Assembly (NCBI GenBank): GCA_028718905.1
Contig: JAQUKV010000007.1
Coordinates: 588 to 64,587 of the forward strand
Direction of reading: 5' to 3'
Source of the DNA: Candidatus Peribacteraceae bacterium
GTDB taxonomy: Bacteria > Patescibacteriota > Gracilibacteria > Peribacterales > Peribacteraceae
DNA length: 64,000 bases
Part shown: piece by piece, positions 27,381 to 36,947 of the stretch
How positions within the stretch are numbered: position 1 is the first letter of the stretch
Layout: the number at the start of each line of letters is the position of its first letter
Position numbers and translations under genes: made by a program
Notes under the pieces: generated by a model
The model's input: only the letters and a program-made list of their open reading frames with translations
Databases searched by the model: none
What the model was told of the DNA's origin: nothing

Positions 27381-28301
27381 ATGTCCCTCCGTCCCGCCTC
27401 CCGCCTCCCCCAACGGTTCAATCGTCCCGTCAGTCGCAGGACGCAACGCCTTGTGGCCCGCAGGCACGCGGTGCCGCTCCGCAACCGTCTCGCTGTGCGC
27501 TGGCGGCGTTGGGTGCATGCAACACGCAGAGGGGCGGTGAATTGGCGAACGTCCATCATCCGGTGGTCCGCCATCACGCTCGCGGCGCTCATTCTGCTCG
27601 CAGTGGGCATCGTCGCATTCTCCCCGATCGGGCAGGTCGAAGAGATCCGCGTGTCGCGTTCGGATCCGCGGCTGGATATCGAGGAGGTGCAGCAGGAGCT
27701 TGCTCCCGTCTTCGGCCGTTCTCTCGTCACTGTTTCCGGACGCGAAATCCGGTCACTGCTGGAGCAGCGCATCATGGATATCCGCAGTGTGACGGTGACC
27801 AAACACTATCCGTCGCAACTTTTCGTGCGGGTGGATCTGACGCCGCTCGTGGCCCGGGCGCGCGTTCTCGCACCCGGCGAAGAAAATCTGCCCCCTCAGG
27901 GATCGGGTGCGACACTGACCTTCGTCACCGGACGCGGGACATTTGCGATGGTACCGCCCGGATATTCCGGCGGGGCATCTCTGCCGCTTATCGATCTTGT
28001 GGACTGGGGCATCCGGCCGGAACCCGGCTCGCCGATTCTCTCGCAGGATTTACTGGAGAGGATGCAACAGGCGGTGGATACGTTGCAGACGCAATTCGGA
28101 CAGCCGGTGAAACGGCGGGTCGCGTTCATCCGTGCACAGGAATTCCATCTGTCGGTGGAGAAGGTGAGTCTCTGGTTCGATGTGCGCAGTCCTCTGGAGG
28201 AGCAGTTGCTCCGGTATCGCATGTTCCTACGATCCGTCGGCTTGTCGGAAGTGAAAGAATATGTGGATCTGCGGCTGGCGGATCGCGTGATCTACCGTTA
28301 A
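27381..28301 (+). CDS. ftsQ: FtsQ/DivIB-like cell-division protein (TM + POTRA)
   Basis: A basic N-terminus, TM SAITLAALILLAVGIVAF, then IEEIRVSRSDPRLDIEEVQQEL... (POTRA-like). The ATG at 27381 is preferred because 27351 lies inside the repeat. Confidence 0.65.
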   Translation: MSLRPASRLPQRFNRPVSRRTQRLVARRHAVPLRNRLAVRWRRWVHATRRGAVNWRTSIIRWSAITLAALILLAVGIVAFSPIGQVEEIRVSRSDPRLDIEEVQQELAPVFGRSLVTVSGREIRSLLEQRIMDIRSVTVTKHYPSQLFVRVDLTPLVARARVLAPGEENLPPQGSGATLTFVTGRGTFAMVPPGYSGGASLPLIDLVDWGIRPEPGSPILSQDLLERMQQAVDTLQTQFGQPVKRRVAFIRAQEFHLSVEKVSLWFDVRSPLEEQLLRYRMFLRSVGLSEVKEYVDLRLADRVIYR

Positions 28302-28434
28302 TGGACGGTACGGGGAGCGGCGGGATTGTCCATCGTTTCTTCGGGGTGGCGGCCTTGATTTTCCCTCATGCATTTCTCCGTGAAATTCCCCCTCTTCCTT
28401 TCGGGAACCGCCTGTTTCCGCTAGGCTGTAGCCG

Positions 28435-29388
28435 ATGTTCATGAGCTCGGTATTGTCTGTACTCCTGCTGGGGCTGTTCCCCGTGGCGGCAGATATTCCG
28501 CCCCCTTCACCGCCTCTCGCCTCCCTCGTGGGTGTGCCCATTGCGCCGCCTGCGGAGCGCGTTTCCATTGACCGGCGTTTATCGGCGTCCGGCATCATCG
28601 TCATGGATCTTGCTTCGGGGCAGACGGTGTACGGAATGCAGGCTGACATCGAGCGTCCCATGGCGAGCCTGACTAAGCTCATGACGGCGCTCCTCATCGT
28701 CGAGAAACACGGTCTTGAGGAATGGGTGACCGTTCCCAAAGATATCGCCGAGACCCCTGGGAGCGTGGTGTACCTGCCGGCAGGAGAACGGTTCACGGTC
28801 GGCGATCTGCTTTCGGCGCTCCTGATCGCGTCCGCAAACGATGCGGCGGTCACGCTTGCGCGGTTTCACAGCGGCTCGACCGAGGTTTTCGTGCAAGAGA
28901 TGAATGCACGGGCACAAGCGCTGGGGCTCTCGGGGACGCAGTATGCCAATGCCTCGGGCATGGATGATCCGCGCCAGTGGTCCACCCCGCGCGACATCGC
29001 CCGTCTGGTTTCTTTCATCCAGAACGAACCGGCGATCCGGAAGCGGATGTCGATCAAGGGAACGGTAATCCAAAGCCGGAGTGGACAGGCAATTTCCCTG
29101 GCGCATACCCATGCGCTCCTGCGGGCGAACAATCCGCTTGTGGAGGAGGGCAAGACCGGCACGACGAATGCCGCAGGACAGTGTCTGGTTTCGGTGGTCG
29201 GCAAAGAAGGGCACGAGTACGTTGTGGTTCTGCTGAAGTCCCAGAAGCGTTACGACGATATGCAGGCCATTCTCTTCAGTCTCTTCGGATCAACGGGTGC
29301 CACCGAAACACCTGTGCAGGACACGGAGTGCGCGCAGGGCGGCGGGTGTCCCGCCGGGGCATCCAATCATTCGCAGATCACGCCATAA
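28435..29388 (+). CDS. Serine-type D-Ala-D-Ala carboxypeptidase (S11, PBP5-like)
   Basis: Active-site motifs MASLTKLMTA (SxxK), SANDAA (SxN) and KTGTT (KTG), plus a signal peptide. Confidence 0.85.
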   Translation: MFMSSVLSVLLLGLFPVAADIPPPSPPLASLVGVPIAPPAERVSIDRRLSASGIIVMDLASGQTVYGMQADIERPMASLTKLMTALLIVEKHGLEEWVTVPKDIAETPGSVVYLPAGERFTVGDLLSALLIASANDAAVTLARFHSGSTEVFVQEMNARAQALGLSGTQYANASGMDDPRQWSTPRDIARLVSFIQNEPAIRKRMSIKGTVIQSRSGQAISLAHTHALLRANNPLVEEGKTGTTNAAGQCLVSVVGKEGHEYVVVLLKSQKRYDDMQAILFSLFGSTGATETPVQDTECAQGGGCPAGASNHSQITP

Positions 29389-29397
29389 TGCCGTCAC

Positions 29398-30426
29398 ATG
29401 TCGCAGGAATCCGTCATGCACTGGCTTTCTCTCCGGGTGCGTCTCGCATGCGGTCTTGCCTTGGCTGTTTCCCTGATCGTCCCGCCCTACGCACCGAAGC
29501 CGGCGATGGCGTTCGAGGATTCCGGATCCGTCGATCAGCAATTTCTGCTCGTCGAGGATGGTTTTCTGATGAAGTCCTCTTCTCTCACGCAGCAGGGCGG
29601 CCGTCGGGCATACTCCGAGGCGGTCGCGTACACCGTGAAGGAGGGAGACAGTCTTGAGCGGCTGTCACAACGGTTCAAAATTTCGAAAGAGACGATTGCG
29701 TGGACCAATAATCTCCGCGAAGGCGGGACCATCCATCCCGGAGACGAGCTTGTGATCCTGCCGGTGGATGGTGTGCTCCATACCGTCAAGGCCGGTCAGA
29801 CGCTCCTCGGCATCGCGGAGCTCTACGATGTTCCGCTCGAGACCATTTCGCAGCAGAACAAGCTCAAGGGGAGTTTTCTTCTGGCCGGACAGGAGCTCAT
29901 TATTCCGGGTGGCAAGCCGATTGTGAACAGGCCGGTGCAGGTGGCTGCCGCCGCATCTTCCAAATCTTCGGCGAAGCAGGGCAACGGCAGGACGCCGCCT
30001 CCCACCAAAACGGAAGAGATGGCTGCGCTCACGACCGCGCCCACCTCCGGCGTGCTGCAGAAGCCATGCAGCGTGAATTGCTTCATCACGCAGTATTTCA
30101 ATTCCAGCCATTATGCACTCGATCTGCAGGAGAAGGGCGGCGGCCCCGTGTACGCCGCGGAAGCCGGTACGGTGATCCGTGCGGATAACGGATGGAACGG
30201 CGGCTACGGCAACGTGATCGAGATCGATCACGGCAATGATCTCGTCACGCTCTATGGACACAACAAAGAGCTTCTCGTAAAGCTGGGCGATCAGGTGCAA
30301 CGCGGCCAGCTCATCGCGGCGATGGGCAACACGGGTCTCGTCTATGGAGCCACCGGTATCCACGTTCACTTTGAGGTCCGCGTGAAAGGAGTCAAAAAGA
30401 ACCCGCTCTTGTATATTGAAGAGTAG
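29398..30426 (+). CDS. LysM-domain M23 peptidoglycan endopeptidase
   Basis: Two LysM modules (YTVKEGDSLERLSQRF..., HTVKAGQTLLGIAELY...) plus HYALDL...LYGHN...IHVHFEV. Confidence 0.85.
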   Translation: MSQESVMHWLSLRVRLACGLALAVSLIVPPYAPKPAMAFEDSGSVDQQFLLVEDGFLMKSSSLTQQGGRRAYSEAVAYTVKEGDSLERLSQRFKISKETIAWTNNLREGGTIHPGDELVILPVDGVLHTVKAGQTLLGIAELYDVPLETISQQNKLKGSFLLAGQELIIPGGKPIVNRPVQVAAAASSKSSAKQGNGRTPPPTKTEEMAALTTAPTSGVLQKPCSVNCFITQYFNSSHYALDLQEKGGGPVYAAEAGTVIRADNGWNGGYGNVIEIDHGNDLVTLYGHNKELLVKLGDQVQRGQLIAAMGNTGLVYGATGIHVHFEVRVKGVKKNPLLYIEE

Positions 30427-30429
30427 ACA

Positions 30430-31575
30430 TCAACTCGTTTTCTCCTGCACCAGATGCACCGTCTGCGTCGGGAATGCCATGTGGATACCTTCCTGCTCGA
30501 AGGATTCGGCAATCGCCAGATTGATCTGCTCACGCAGGTCCATGTGCACGTTGTAGTCACCGGACTGGACAAAGTACACCACCTCGAAGAGCAGGGCCGA
30601 ATCGCCGAATTCCCTGAAGTGCACCCGGTCCAGCTCCGCACCCCCCGTTTTGCCGATGATGCCCGTAACAAGCTCTTTCGCCCGTTTGAGTTTGGCGGTA
30701 GGGGTGGCGTACTCCACTCCAAATGAAAAGAGCACGCGCCGTTTCGTCATCTTCTTGAAATTCTGGATGCGCGTGCTTGTGAGTTCGCTGTTCGAAATCA
30801 CCAGTTCCTCTCCGCTCAGGGCGAGGATACGCGTCGTTTTGAGCCCGATGCGTTGCACGGTTCCCATGTGCGGCCCCACGACGATAAAATCCCCCGTTTC
30901 GAAGGGGCGGTCCACGTAGAGTGAAATGGAATTGAAGAGATCGCCGAGAATATTCTGTACGGCCAATGCCACGGCGATGCCTCCCACACCGAGGCTGGCC
31001 ACGAGCGCCGTCACTTCGATACCGAGATTGGAGAGCATCACCAACAGCGCCAGTGTCCAGAGTACGGTCTTCGTTCCGATCTTGAGCAGACTTACAATAC
31101 CTTCGTGCGGCTGCTTTCCCAGAGGGAACAATCGCCGCTCGAGCAGAAACAGAACAATGCGCTGCGTGATCCGGGTGGCTTCAACAACCAGAGCCACGAG
31201 AATGACAGAGTGCAGCGTTGTTGCGGCTCCGGGAGGCAAAGAAACGAAAGTGACGGTGATGGCTGCCGCAACCACGGCGTAGAAGAGCAAGCCGATCTTT
31301 CCGATGGTATGTACGACTGTGTCACCAATACTGCCTCCGATGCTGTGTGCAATTTTTTGAAAGCGGGAGAGCACGATATGCTTGATCGCCCAGAGAACGG
31401 CGAATGCCATCACAAAGACGGCCAGTGCGGTGAGAGTCTCCGGAGAAAATACTACAAGGAGCCGGTCAGAGATGTATTGCCATGTCATAGAGTGCGGCAG
31501 GAAAAATGTGAAAGAAATTTCGTGAAGCAGTACTACAAATGCCTGTTTCATCATCTGCGCACAAGAAAATTTCAT
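30430..31575 (-). CDS. MscS-family mechanosensitive channel
   Basis: TM helices followed by FNSISLYVDRPFETGDFIVVGPHMGTVQRIGLKTTRI (MscS beta domain). An alternative start is the ATG at 31488. Confidence 0.8.
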   Translation of the reverse strand: MKFSCAQMMKQAFVVLLHEISFTFFLPHSMTWQYISDRLLVVFSPETLTALAVFVMAFAVLWAIKHIVLSRFQKIAHSIGGSIGDTVVHTIGKIGLLFYAVVAAAITVTFVSLPPGAATTLHSVILVALVVEATRITQRIVLFLLERRLFPLGKQPHEGIVSLLKIGTKTVLWTLALLVMLSNLGIEVTALVASLGVGGIAVALAVQNILGDLFNSISLYVDRPFETGDFIVVGPHMGTVQRIGLKTTRILALSGEELVISNSELTSTRIQNFKKMTKRRVLFSFGVEYATPTAKLKRAKELVTGIIGKTGGAELDRVHFREFGDSALLFEVVYFVQSGDYNVHMDLREQINLAIAESFEQEGIHMAFPTQTVHLVQEKTS

Positions 31576-31876
31576 AAAAAAACCCTTGCTTCAATGTCGT
31601 GATGTTCTATAGGGTCAGGACACGTACTTCTTTCCCCCGCATCACTATGTTTATCAGTGATGGTGAGAACGGCGGTACCCCGGTCCCGGCAACGCCGGCT
31701 CCGACGCCAGCGGAACCTTCTGTCCCGACGCCTGAAACGCCAGCGTCCTGATGGAAGATCCGCGAGGGGAGGGCAGACTCTTCTGAGACTGTTCTCCTCT
31801 CACACCTCATTTGAGGGGATAGGGCGTAGGGTTCGGAGAAAAAACCTCCTGGCGTTTCTTTTCCGTTACTCGTTAT

Positions 31877-31899
31877 TCGTAGCGCAGCGCCTCGATCGG
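31877..31899. repeat. 23-nt direct repeat, left copy (orphan copy of the macB 3' end)
   Basis: TCGTAGCGCAGCGCCTCGATCGG is identical to 32723-32745. Its reverse complement reads ...PIEALRYE-stop. Confidence 0.85.
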
Positions 31900-31959
31900 A
31901 GTGTGTGACACAAAGATCATGAGGGGTGATACACTGCTGCGCGTAAGTTCCCTTCTCTC

Positions 31960-32700
31960 GTGCCATTCCTTTTCCTTATCATTGCGGGATTTGTTGCAGG
32001 TTTCTACGGCTCAAGTGTGGGGAGCGGTGGACTAGTCAGTTTGCCCGCGCTTCTCCTCATCGGCCTCCCTACGCCCGTCGCGATCGCCACCAATCGTTTT
32101 GCCGTCGTGTTCGGCGAAGGCATGAGTGTTTTGCGGTATCGGCGTACACAAAAACTGCCGTGGGGGTTGGTAGTGGCAGTCGGCATCGCTGCATCGTTGG
32201 GTTCCTACCTCGGAGCGCATCTGGTTCTGCGCATTCCCTCAAGTGTTCTGAACGTGATTGTGGCAGTCCTTCTCGTCGCTCTGTTCATTTTTCTGCTCGC
32301 CAAGCCCAAGCTCGGTGCAGAGGAGAAGATTCTTCTTCACCGCCACAAGATACTTCTGGGTATCGGCGCATTTTTCCTTGGGATCTACGGGGGATTTCTT
32401 GGGACCGGATTCGGCACGTTCATCATGCTCCTGCTGGCTTGGGGCGGTCTTTCTTTCCTGCAAAGTGCCGCGACTGCGCGGGCAGTGGGGTTTCTCATGT
32501 CGCTCGTTGCGACGCTCTCGTTTGCCTCCACGAATACCATCCGCTATCTGGAAGGAGCGGCGCTTGCGTTGGGCTTTGTCATTGGCTGTTTTTTTGGTGT
32601 GCGGATGGGAGTGAAGCATGGCAATGCGTACATCCGCACCCTCCTCATCATCGTGATCATCATCACAGCGGGGCAATTGCTGTGGAAGACGTTTCGATAG
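31960..32700 (+). CDS. TauE/SafE (TSUP, DUF81) family anion exporter
   Basis: 246 aa with a GTG start. FLIIAGFVAGFYGSSVGSGGLVSLPALLLIGLP and about 7 TM segments. Confidence 0.8.
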   Translation: MPFLFLIIAGFVAGFYGSSVGSGGLVSLPALLLIGLPTPVAIATNRFAVVFGEGMSVLRYRRTQKLPWGLVVAVGIAASLGSYLGAHLVLRIPSSVLNVIVAVLLVALFIFLLAKPKLGAEEKILLHRHKILLGIGAFFLGIYGGFLGTGFGTFIMLLLAWGGLSFLQSAATARAVGFLMSLVATLSFASTNTIRYLEGAALALGFVIGCFFGVRMGVKHGNAYIRTLLIIVIIITAGQLLWKTFR

Positions 32701-32718
32701 CTCAGAGGAGCACGGCGG

Positions 32719-33939
32719 CTACTCGTAGCGCAGCGCCTCGATCGGTCGCAGTTTGGCCGCTTTCCATGCGGGGAGCATGCCGAAGAAAATGCCCACGCAC
32801 ACCGAGAAGCCGAAGGCGAGGAATACCGAGTAGAGCGCAATGGTCGCTTCAAGGCTGGAATATATCGTGACGATCCAGGAGCCGATGACGCTGATCAGAA
32901 TGCCGATTGCTCCCCCCAATATACTGAGGACAGTCGATTCCACGAGGAACTGCGTCATGATGTCACGTTTCTTGGCGCCGATGGCTTTGCGGATGCCGAT
33001 CTCGCGCGTCCGTTCCGTGACGGAAACAAGCATGATGTTCATCACGCCGATGCCGCCGACGATGAGTGAGATGGCCGCGATGCCGCCGAGCAGGTAGGTG
33101 AGCGTGCTCGTCACGGCGTTGAGTGTCTCCACGGCATCCGCCTGGCTCAAGACGGTGAAATCCTGCTTGCTCGTATCGGTGATGCCATGAGCGTTCAGTA
33201 GGATGGCCGTGAGTACTTGTTTCGCGTAATCCATTTCACTTTCGTTTTTCACGGAAACGCTGATGGAGCTCAGGGAGGTTTTCCCTGCGATGCGTCGCTG
33301 CATGGTCGTCAGAGGAATGAGCACGGTATCGTCGCGATTGGTCATCCCCGTGCTTCCTTTTGATTCCAGTATGCCGATAACCGTGAAGATATTATTGCCG
33401 ATGCGAAACGTATTTCCGAGGGGATCGGCATCATCCGGAAAGAGCGTCGAGGCGGTGCTGGGGCCGAGAACGGCCACTTTATCCACATTAGTGAGGTGTT
33501 CCTCCGTGATGAAACTGCCGTATTCCACGGCTGAATTGCGAACGGTCAGGTAAGAAGGAACCGTGCCGACGACGCTCGAATTTGTATTGATATTTCCTGC
33601 AACCAACTGTTGGCGACTGCTGAGTTCCGGCTCAATGCCGTTGAGCAATTCGGCTGCATATTGTGTGATATAGTCGGTATCCGTGGATTTGAGCGAGCTC
33701 GTCGAGCCCATGCTGAAACGCACATTTGTCTGATTCGGGCTGCCCGGCGAGATGCTCAGAAGGTTCGTCCCAAGGCCCTGTACCTGCGATTTGATCCCGC
33801 TTGCCGCCCCCTGCCCGATGGCGACGAGCAGCACGACCGAGGCGACACCGATGACGATACCGAGCATGGTGAGCGCGGAGCGCATCTTGTTACTGCCGAT
33901 CGCGCCGAGCGCATTGAGGATGTTCTCAAAAAAGTTCAT
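32719..33939 (-). CDS. MacB-like ABC transporter permease (MacB periplasmic core + FtsX domain)
   Basis: 406 aa. N-terminal TM, a large periplasmic domain, and a C-terminal FtsX 3-TM bundle ending LRPIEALRYE. Confidence 0.85.
   Translation of the reverse strand: MNFFENILNALGAIGSNKMRSALTMLGIVIGVASVVLLVAIGQGAASGIKSQVQGLGTNLLSISPGSPNQTNVRFSMGSTSSLKSTDTDYITQYAAELLNGIEPELSSRQQLVAGNINTNSSVVGTVPSYLTVRNSAVEYGSFITEEHLTNVDKVAVLGPSTASTLFPDDADPLGNTFRIGNNIFTVIGILESKGSTGMTNRDDTVLIPLTTMQRRIAGKTSLSSISVSVKNESEMDYAKQVLTAILLNAHGITDTSKQDFTVLSQADAVETLNAVTSTLTYLLGGIAAISLIVGGIGVMNIMLVSVTERTREIGIRKAIGAKKRDIMTQFLVESTVLSILGGAIGILISVIGSWIVTIYSSLEATIALYSVFLAFGFSVCVGIFFGMLPAWKAAKLRPIEALRYE
32723..32745. repeat. 23-nt direct repeat, right copy (inside the macB-like 3' end)
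   Basis: Identical to 31877-31899. Confidence 0.85.
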
Positions 33940-34643
33940 TTGTATGCAGATGGAATGTTGCGCAGTCCGTCAGGGAGTGTCCCCGATTGAATGAGTCCGT
34001 CTTCGATGCGAATGGTCCGGTGGGCAAAGGCCGCCACTCTCGGCTCGTGCGTGACCATGACGATCGTTTTTCCATGCTTGCTCAGGGTGGTGAGGATATC
34101 CATCACTTCATGGCCCGTCTGCGTATCCAGTGCCCCCGTCGGTTCATCGGCGAGGATAATCGCGGGGTCGGTGACCAGTGCGCGGGCGATGGCCACACGC
34201 TGCTGCTGTCCGCCCGAGAGTTCATTCGGGTTATGAGAGATTCTCTCCGAGAGGCCCACGATATGGAGTGATTCCCGCGCTTTCGTTTCCGCCTGCGTCC
34301 GATGTACTCCCTGATACAGCAGCGGCTGCATCACCTGACGCAGCGCGTCCATGCGGGGGAGCAGATTGAACTGCTGAAACACGAAGCCGATGCGCTTGCT
34401 GCGCACATCCGCCTGCTCATTTTCACTCAAATTCGACACTTCTTTTTTCTCCAACAGATAGGATCCCTTTGTGGGCGTATCCAGAAGTCCGATGATATTC
34501 ATGAGCGTGGATTTACCGGAGCCGGAAGGACCCATGATGGCGACGAATTCGCCGGCATTGATTGTCAGGGAGACTCCTTTCAGAACAACAAGTTGCTCTT
34601 TCCCAAGGGGATAGGCCTTGATGATGTCCTTGAGTTGGATCAT
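33936..34643 (-). CDS. ABC transporter ATP-binding protein (MacB/LolD type)
   Basis: Walker A GPSGSGKST, signature LSGGQQQR, Walker B ILADEPTGALD. 4-nt overlap with the permease gene. Confidence 0.9.
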   Translation of the reverse strand: MIQLKDIIKAYPLGKEQLVVLKGVSLTINAGEFVAIMGPSGSGKSTLMNIIGLLDTPTKGSYLLEKKEVSNLSENEQADVRSKRIGFVFQQFNLLPRMDALRQVMQPLLYQGVHRTQAETKARESLHIVGLSERISHNPNELSGGQQQRVAIARALVTDPAIILADEPTGALDTQTGHEVMDILTTLSKHGKTIVMVTHEPRVAAFAHRTIRIEDGLIQSGTLPDGLRNIPSAYK

Positions 34644-34668
34644 AGAGGCTTGTATTAAGACCGATTAT

Positions 34669-36528
34669 CTATCGGGGAGGGCCTCCTCCCCCTCCTCCCC
34701 CATCAAGTGTGCGCATCAATTGCATGGAGTTATTGCCGGTGGCGCTGGTTGAAGCGGAGGCAGTGCTGGTACCAAGGTTCACAGAGAGCACACTGTCGCC
34801 TTCTTTCAGGCCGGAGACGATCTCCGTGTACTGACCGTTGGTGACGCCCGTTGTCACGATCACGGAGCCGCTCAATGTGGTCTGAACGGTTGTGTCGCCT
34901 CCTTCCGTATGCAACGCGAGGGTGGGCACCATGAGCACATTCTCCTTTCTCGAGGTTTCAATGGTTACCGTGGTCGTCATGCCCGAGAGAATGGTGACTC
35001 CCGATGGAGTGGGGAGCTTCACATCGACATTGTACGAGACGACGCCGGAAGTCGTAACGGCCGTTGAGTCGATGCTGTCGACGACACCTTTGAATGTTTG
35101 CCCGGGGATGGCGTCGAAGACGATGCTGCCGGTCATGCCTTTCTGCACGCGCACAACATCCACCTGGTCGAGGGGAATGGTGATGAGAATGTAACTCGGA
35201 TTCTGCAGAGTCAGGGATTCCGTGTCGCCCGTCTCCAGCAGGTTGTCTCCGACTTTGTAGTCCAGGTGCGTGATGACGCCGTCAAACGGAGCCACGAGAC
35301 GATAGTCCTCCAGTGTTTTGTAGAGCTTTGAGAGGGAAACAGCCTTTTGCGTGAGGTCGTTCCTCTTGATTTCGATAGTGGTATCCAGACTCTTGAGAGT
35401 GCTCTTCAGGGAGACTTCTTTCACCAATTGGGATTCCTGATACGTTGTGAGAGTGTCTTCTTTCGTTTGGAGCGTGGTGCTGGGGATGCTCTCTTTTGTC
35501 GTCAGGGCGACGAGGCTGGACTGTGCTGTCCGTGCGTCGTCCACGAGACCGGCCGCGGTGGAGCGGTTCGTATTGACCGTGGAACGCAGGGTGGTCAGCT
35601 CATCCACGGTGAATGTAATGGAATCCGTACTCGCTCCCTGCATCAGGCTATACGTCTGCTCGCCGAGCTTTTGGAGAGTCTCTGCCAGAGACTGGCCATC
35701 CTCCAGCGCCTGCAAGATCACCGCAGCATCCTGCTCGCTGTTTAAGCCTGTGCCGTACTTCTGGCGCATGGCAGTGGCCTGATTCACTCCCTCCCGGTAA
35801 TTGATTTCCACAGCATTCTTGAGCGTCCAATCGCGGTAGAGGTGACGATCGATGTCGAGTGTCGTGATATCCGCAGGCGGACGTGCCACGGTAGCGTTCG
35901 TCAGTACTCCATAGAAGGAGTCCAGCAATTTCTCCGAACCGATGATGATATCCTGTGCCGTGGATGCCAGGCTCTGTAATTCCGTCTCACGGGTTTTGGC
36001 CAGATCCGACTCGGCCTGCGACACGGATCGTTCTGCGGAATTCACGGCATTTTGTGCTGTCAGCGCAGATGCTTCACGGTCCGCAATCAGTTGTTCCAAT
36101 TGCAGTTTGCCTGCGGCGATGGCCAGTTGTGACAGCTGAATATCCGCCAGTGCGGATACCTTGTCGAGTTCCGCGATCACCTGATCTTTCTTCACCGTAT
36201 CCCCTTCTTCGAAGTTCACTTTCGCTATGGTTCCCTTCGAGTTGAATTTGAGTTCCTGTTCGCTGCCGAAGGCAACCGTGCCGGTGGCCTTCACGCTCGA
36301 AGAGAGTGTCTGGCGTTCCACATTGACATAGCTCCCCGTGGTTGCGGTCGTCGTCTGGCTCGTATTCTGGGCAAAGGCGAAATAGCTCACGCCCAGAATC
36401 GCCATGACGCCCAATCCCGTCAGGTAGCTTCGAATATGAATCTGTCGGACGAATCTGCGCATCCATTGTATGACCCGAATGGATGGCTTCGGCTGTTGTG
36501 CCTGTGACGGCAGGACGATTTGCTCCAT
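34669..36528 (-). CDS. HlyD/MacA-type periplasmic adaptor with long coiled coil
   Basis: 619 aa. N-terminal TM, biotinyl-lipoyl-like halves (GTIAKVNFEEGDTVKKDQVIAELD ... APFDGVITHLDYKVGD), a long helical insert, and a poly-Gly C-terminus. Confidence 0.8.
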   Translation of the reverse strand: MEQIVLPSQAQQPKPSIRVIQWMRRFVRQIHIRSYLTGLGVMAILGVSYFAFAQNTSQTTTATTGSYVNVERQTLSSSVKATGTVAFGSEQELKFNSKGTIAKVNFEEGDTVKKDQVIAELDKVSALADIQLSQLAIAAGKLQLEQLIADREASALTAQNAVNSAERSVSQAESDLAKTRETELQSLASTAQDIIIGSEKLLDSFYGVLTNATVARPPADITTLDIDRHLYRDWTLKNAVEINYREGVNQATAMRQKYGTGLNSEQDAAVILQALEDGQSLAETLQKLGEQTYSLMQGASTDSITFTVDELTTLRSTVNTNRSTAAGLVDDARTAQSSLVALTTKESIPSTTLQTKEDTLTTYQESQLVKEVSLKSTLKSLDTTIEIKRNDLTQKAVSLSKLYKTLEDYRLVAPFDGVITHLDYKVGDNLLETGDTESLTLQNPSYILITIPLDQVDVVRVQKGMTGSIVFDAIPGQTFKGVVDSIDSTAVTTSGVVSYNVDVKLPTPSGVTILSGMTTTVTIETSRKENVLMVPTLALHTEGGDTTVQTTLSGSVIVTTGVTNGQYTEIVSGLKEGDSVLSVNLGTSTASASTSATGNNSMQLMRTLDGGGGGGGPPR

Positions 36529-36773
36529 TATTGCTGGGGGGAGGGAGATGCTCCGAAATGAGAGGGAGGCGTTTGCGTGCTGCTGCCTGTGGGGGCAAAG
36601 TTCTGTGGCGATCCGGATGGGCGGCGCTGTCCTGTAGTGTGGGTACGTGCGGGGTTTCCGCCACCTGGTCTCGCGGGCAGGATAAACCGCATGACCCCGG
36701 CGAGGAGGAACAGGGCGACAAGCCCAGATACGATGCCCAATACGAACGAGGAAGGATGGAACTTATTCAGCAT
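36528..36773 (-). CDS. Small single-TM protein with Pro/Gly/Ser-rich tail
   Basis: 81 aa. It is the first ORF of the efflux operon and overlaps the adaptor gene by 1 nt at 36528. Confidence 0.45.
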   Translation of the reverse strand: MLNKFHPSSFVLGIVSGLVALFLLAGVMRFILPARPGGGNPARTHTTGQRRPSGSPQNFAPTGSSTQTPPSHFGASPSPQQ

Positions 36774-36830
36774 AATGTGATTGTTAAATCAGCAAATCAT
36801 TGTACCACAAGCGATTATACTGTTCCATGG

Positions 36831-36847
36831 TTAAGGGGGCATTAAGG
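36831..36847. promoter_or_regulatory. Direct-repeat pair TTAAGG-N5-TTAAGG (11-bp phasing)
   Basis: TTAAGG at 36831 and at 36842, on the efflux-operon side of the divergent intergenic region. Confidence 0.4.
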
Positions 36848-36883
36848 CCCGGCACAATGGCTGTATACGGTCTTTCGCAGACT

Positions 36884-36902
36884 CTTAATCTCTCCTTAAT
36901 CT
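36884..36902. promoter_or_regulatory. Direct-repeat pair CTTAATCT-N3-CTTAATCT (11-bp phasing)
   Basis: Exact 8-mers at 36884 and 36895, about 50 nt upstream of the response-regulator ATG. The core is the inverse of the TTAAGG pair. Confidence 0.45.
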
Positions 36903-36947
36903 TACGTCTCTACCCTTATTCACGTAACTGATTCCCAATTCAGCTTC

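Noticed and set aside
27302-27802. Upstream extension of the glycosyltransferase ORF (533-aa version).
   Set aside because: The extension runs through the heptamer repeat and the ftsQ-like gene on the other strand. The GT-B fold begins at MRLAIIADW (27301).
31647-31751. 34-codon Pro/Thr/Ala-rich mini-ORF (MFISDGENGGTPVPATPAPTPAEPSVPTPETPAS).
   Set aside because: It has no ribosome-binding site, is low complexity, and lies in a repeat-rich gap. The evidence is insufficient.
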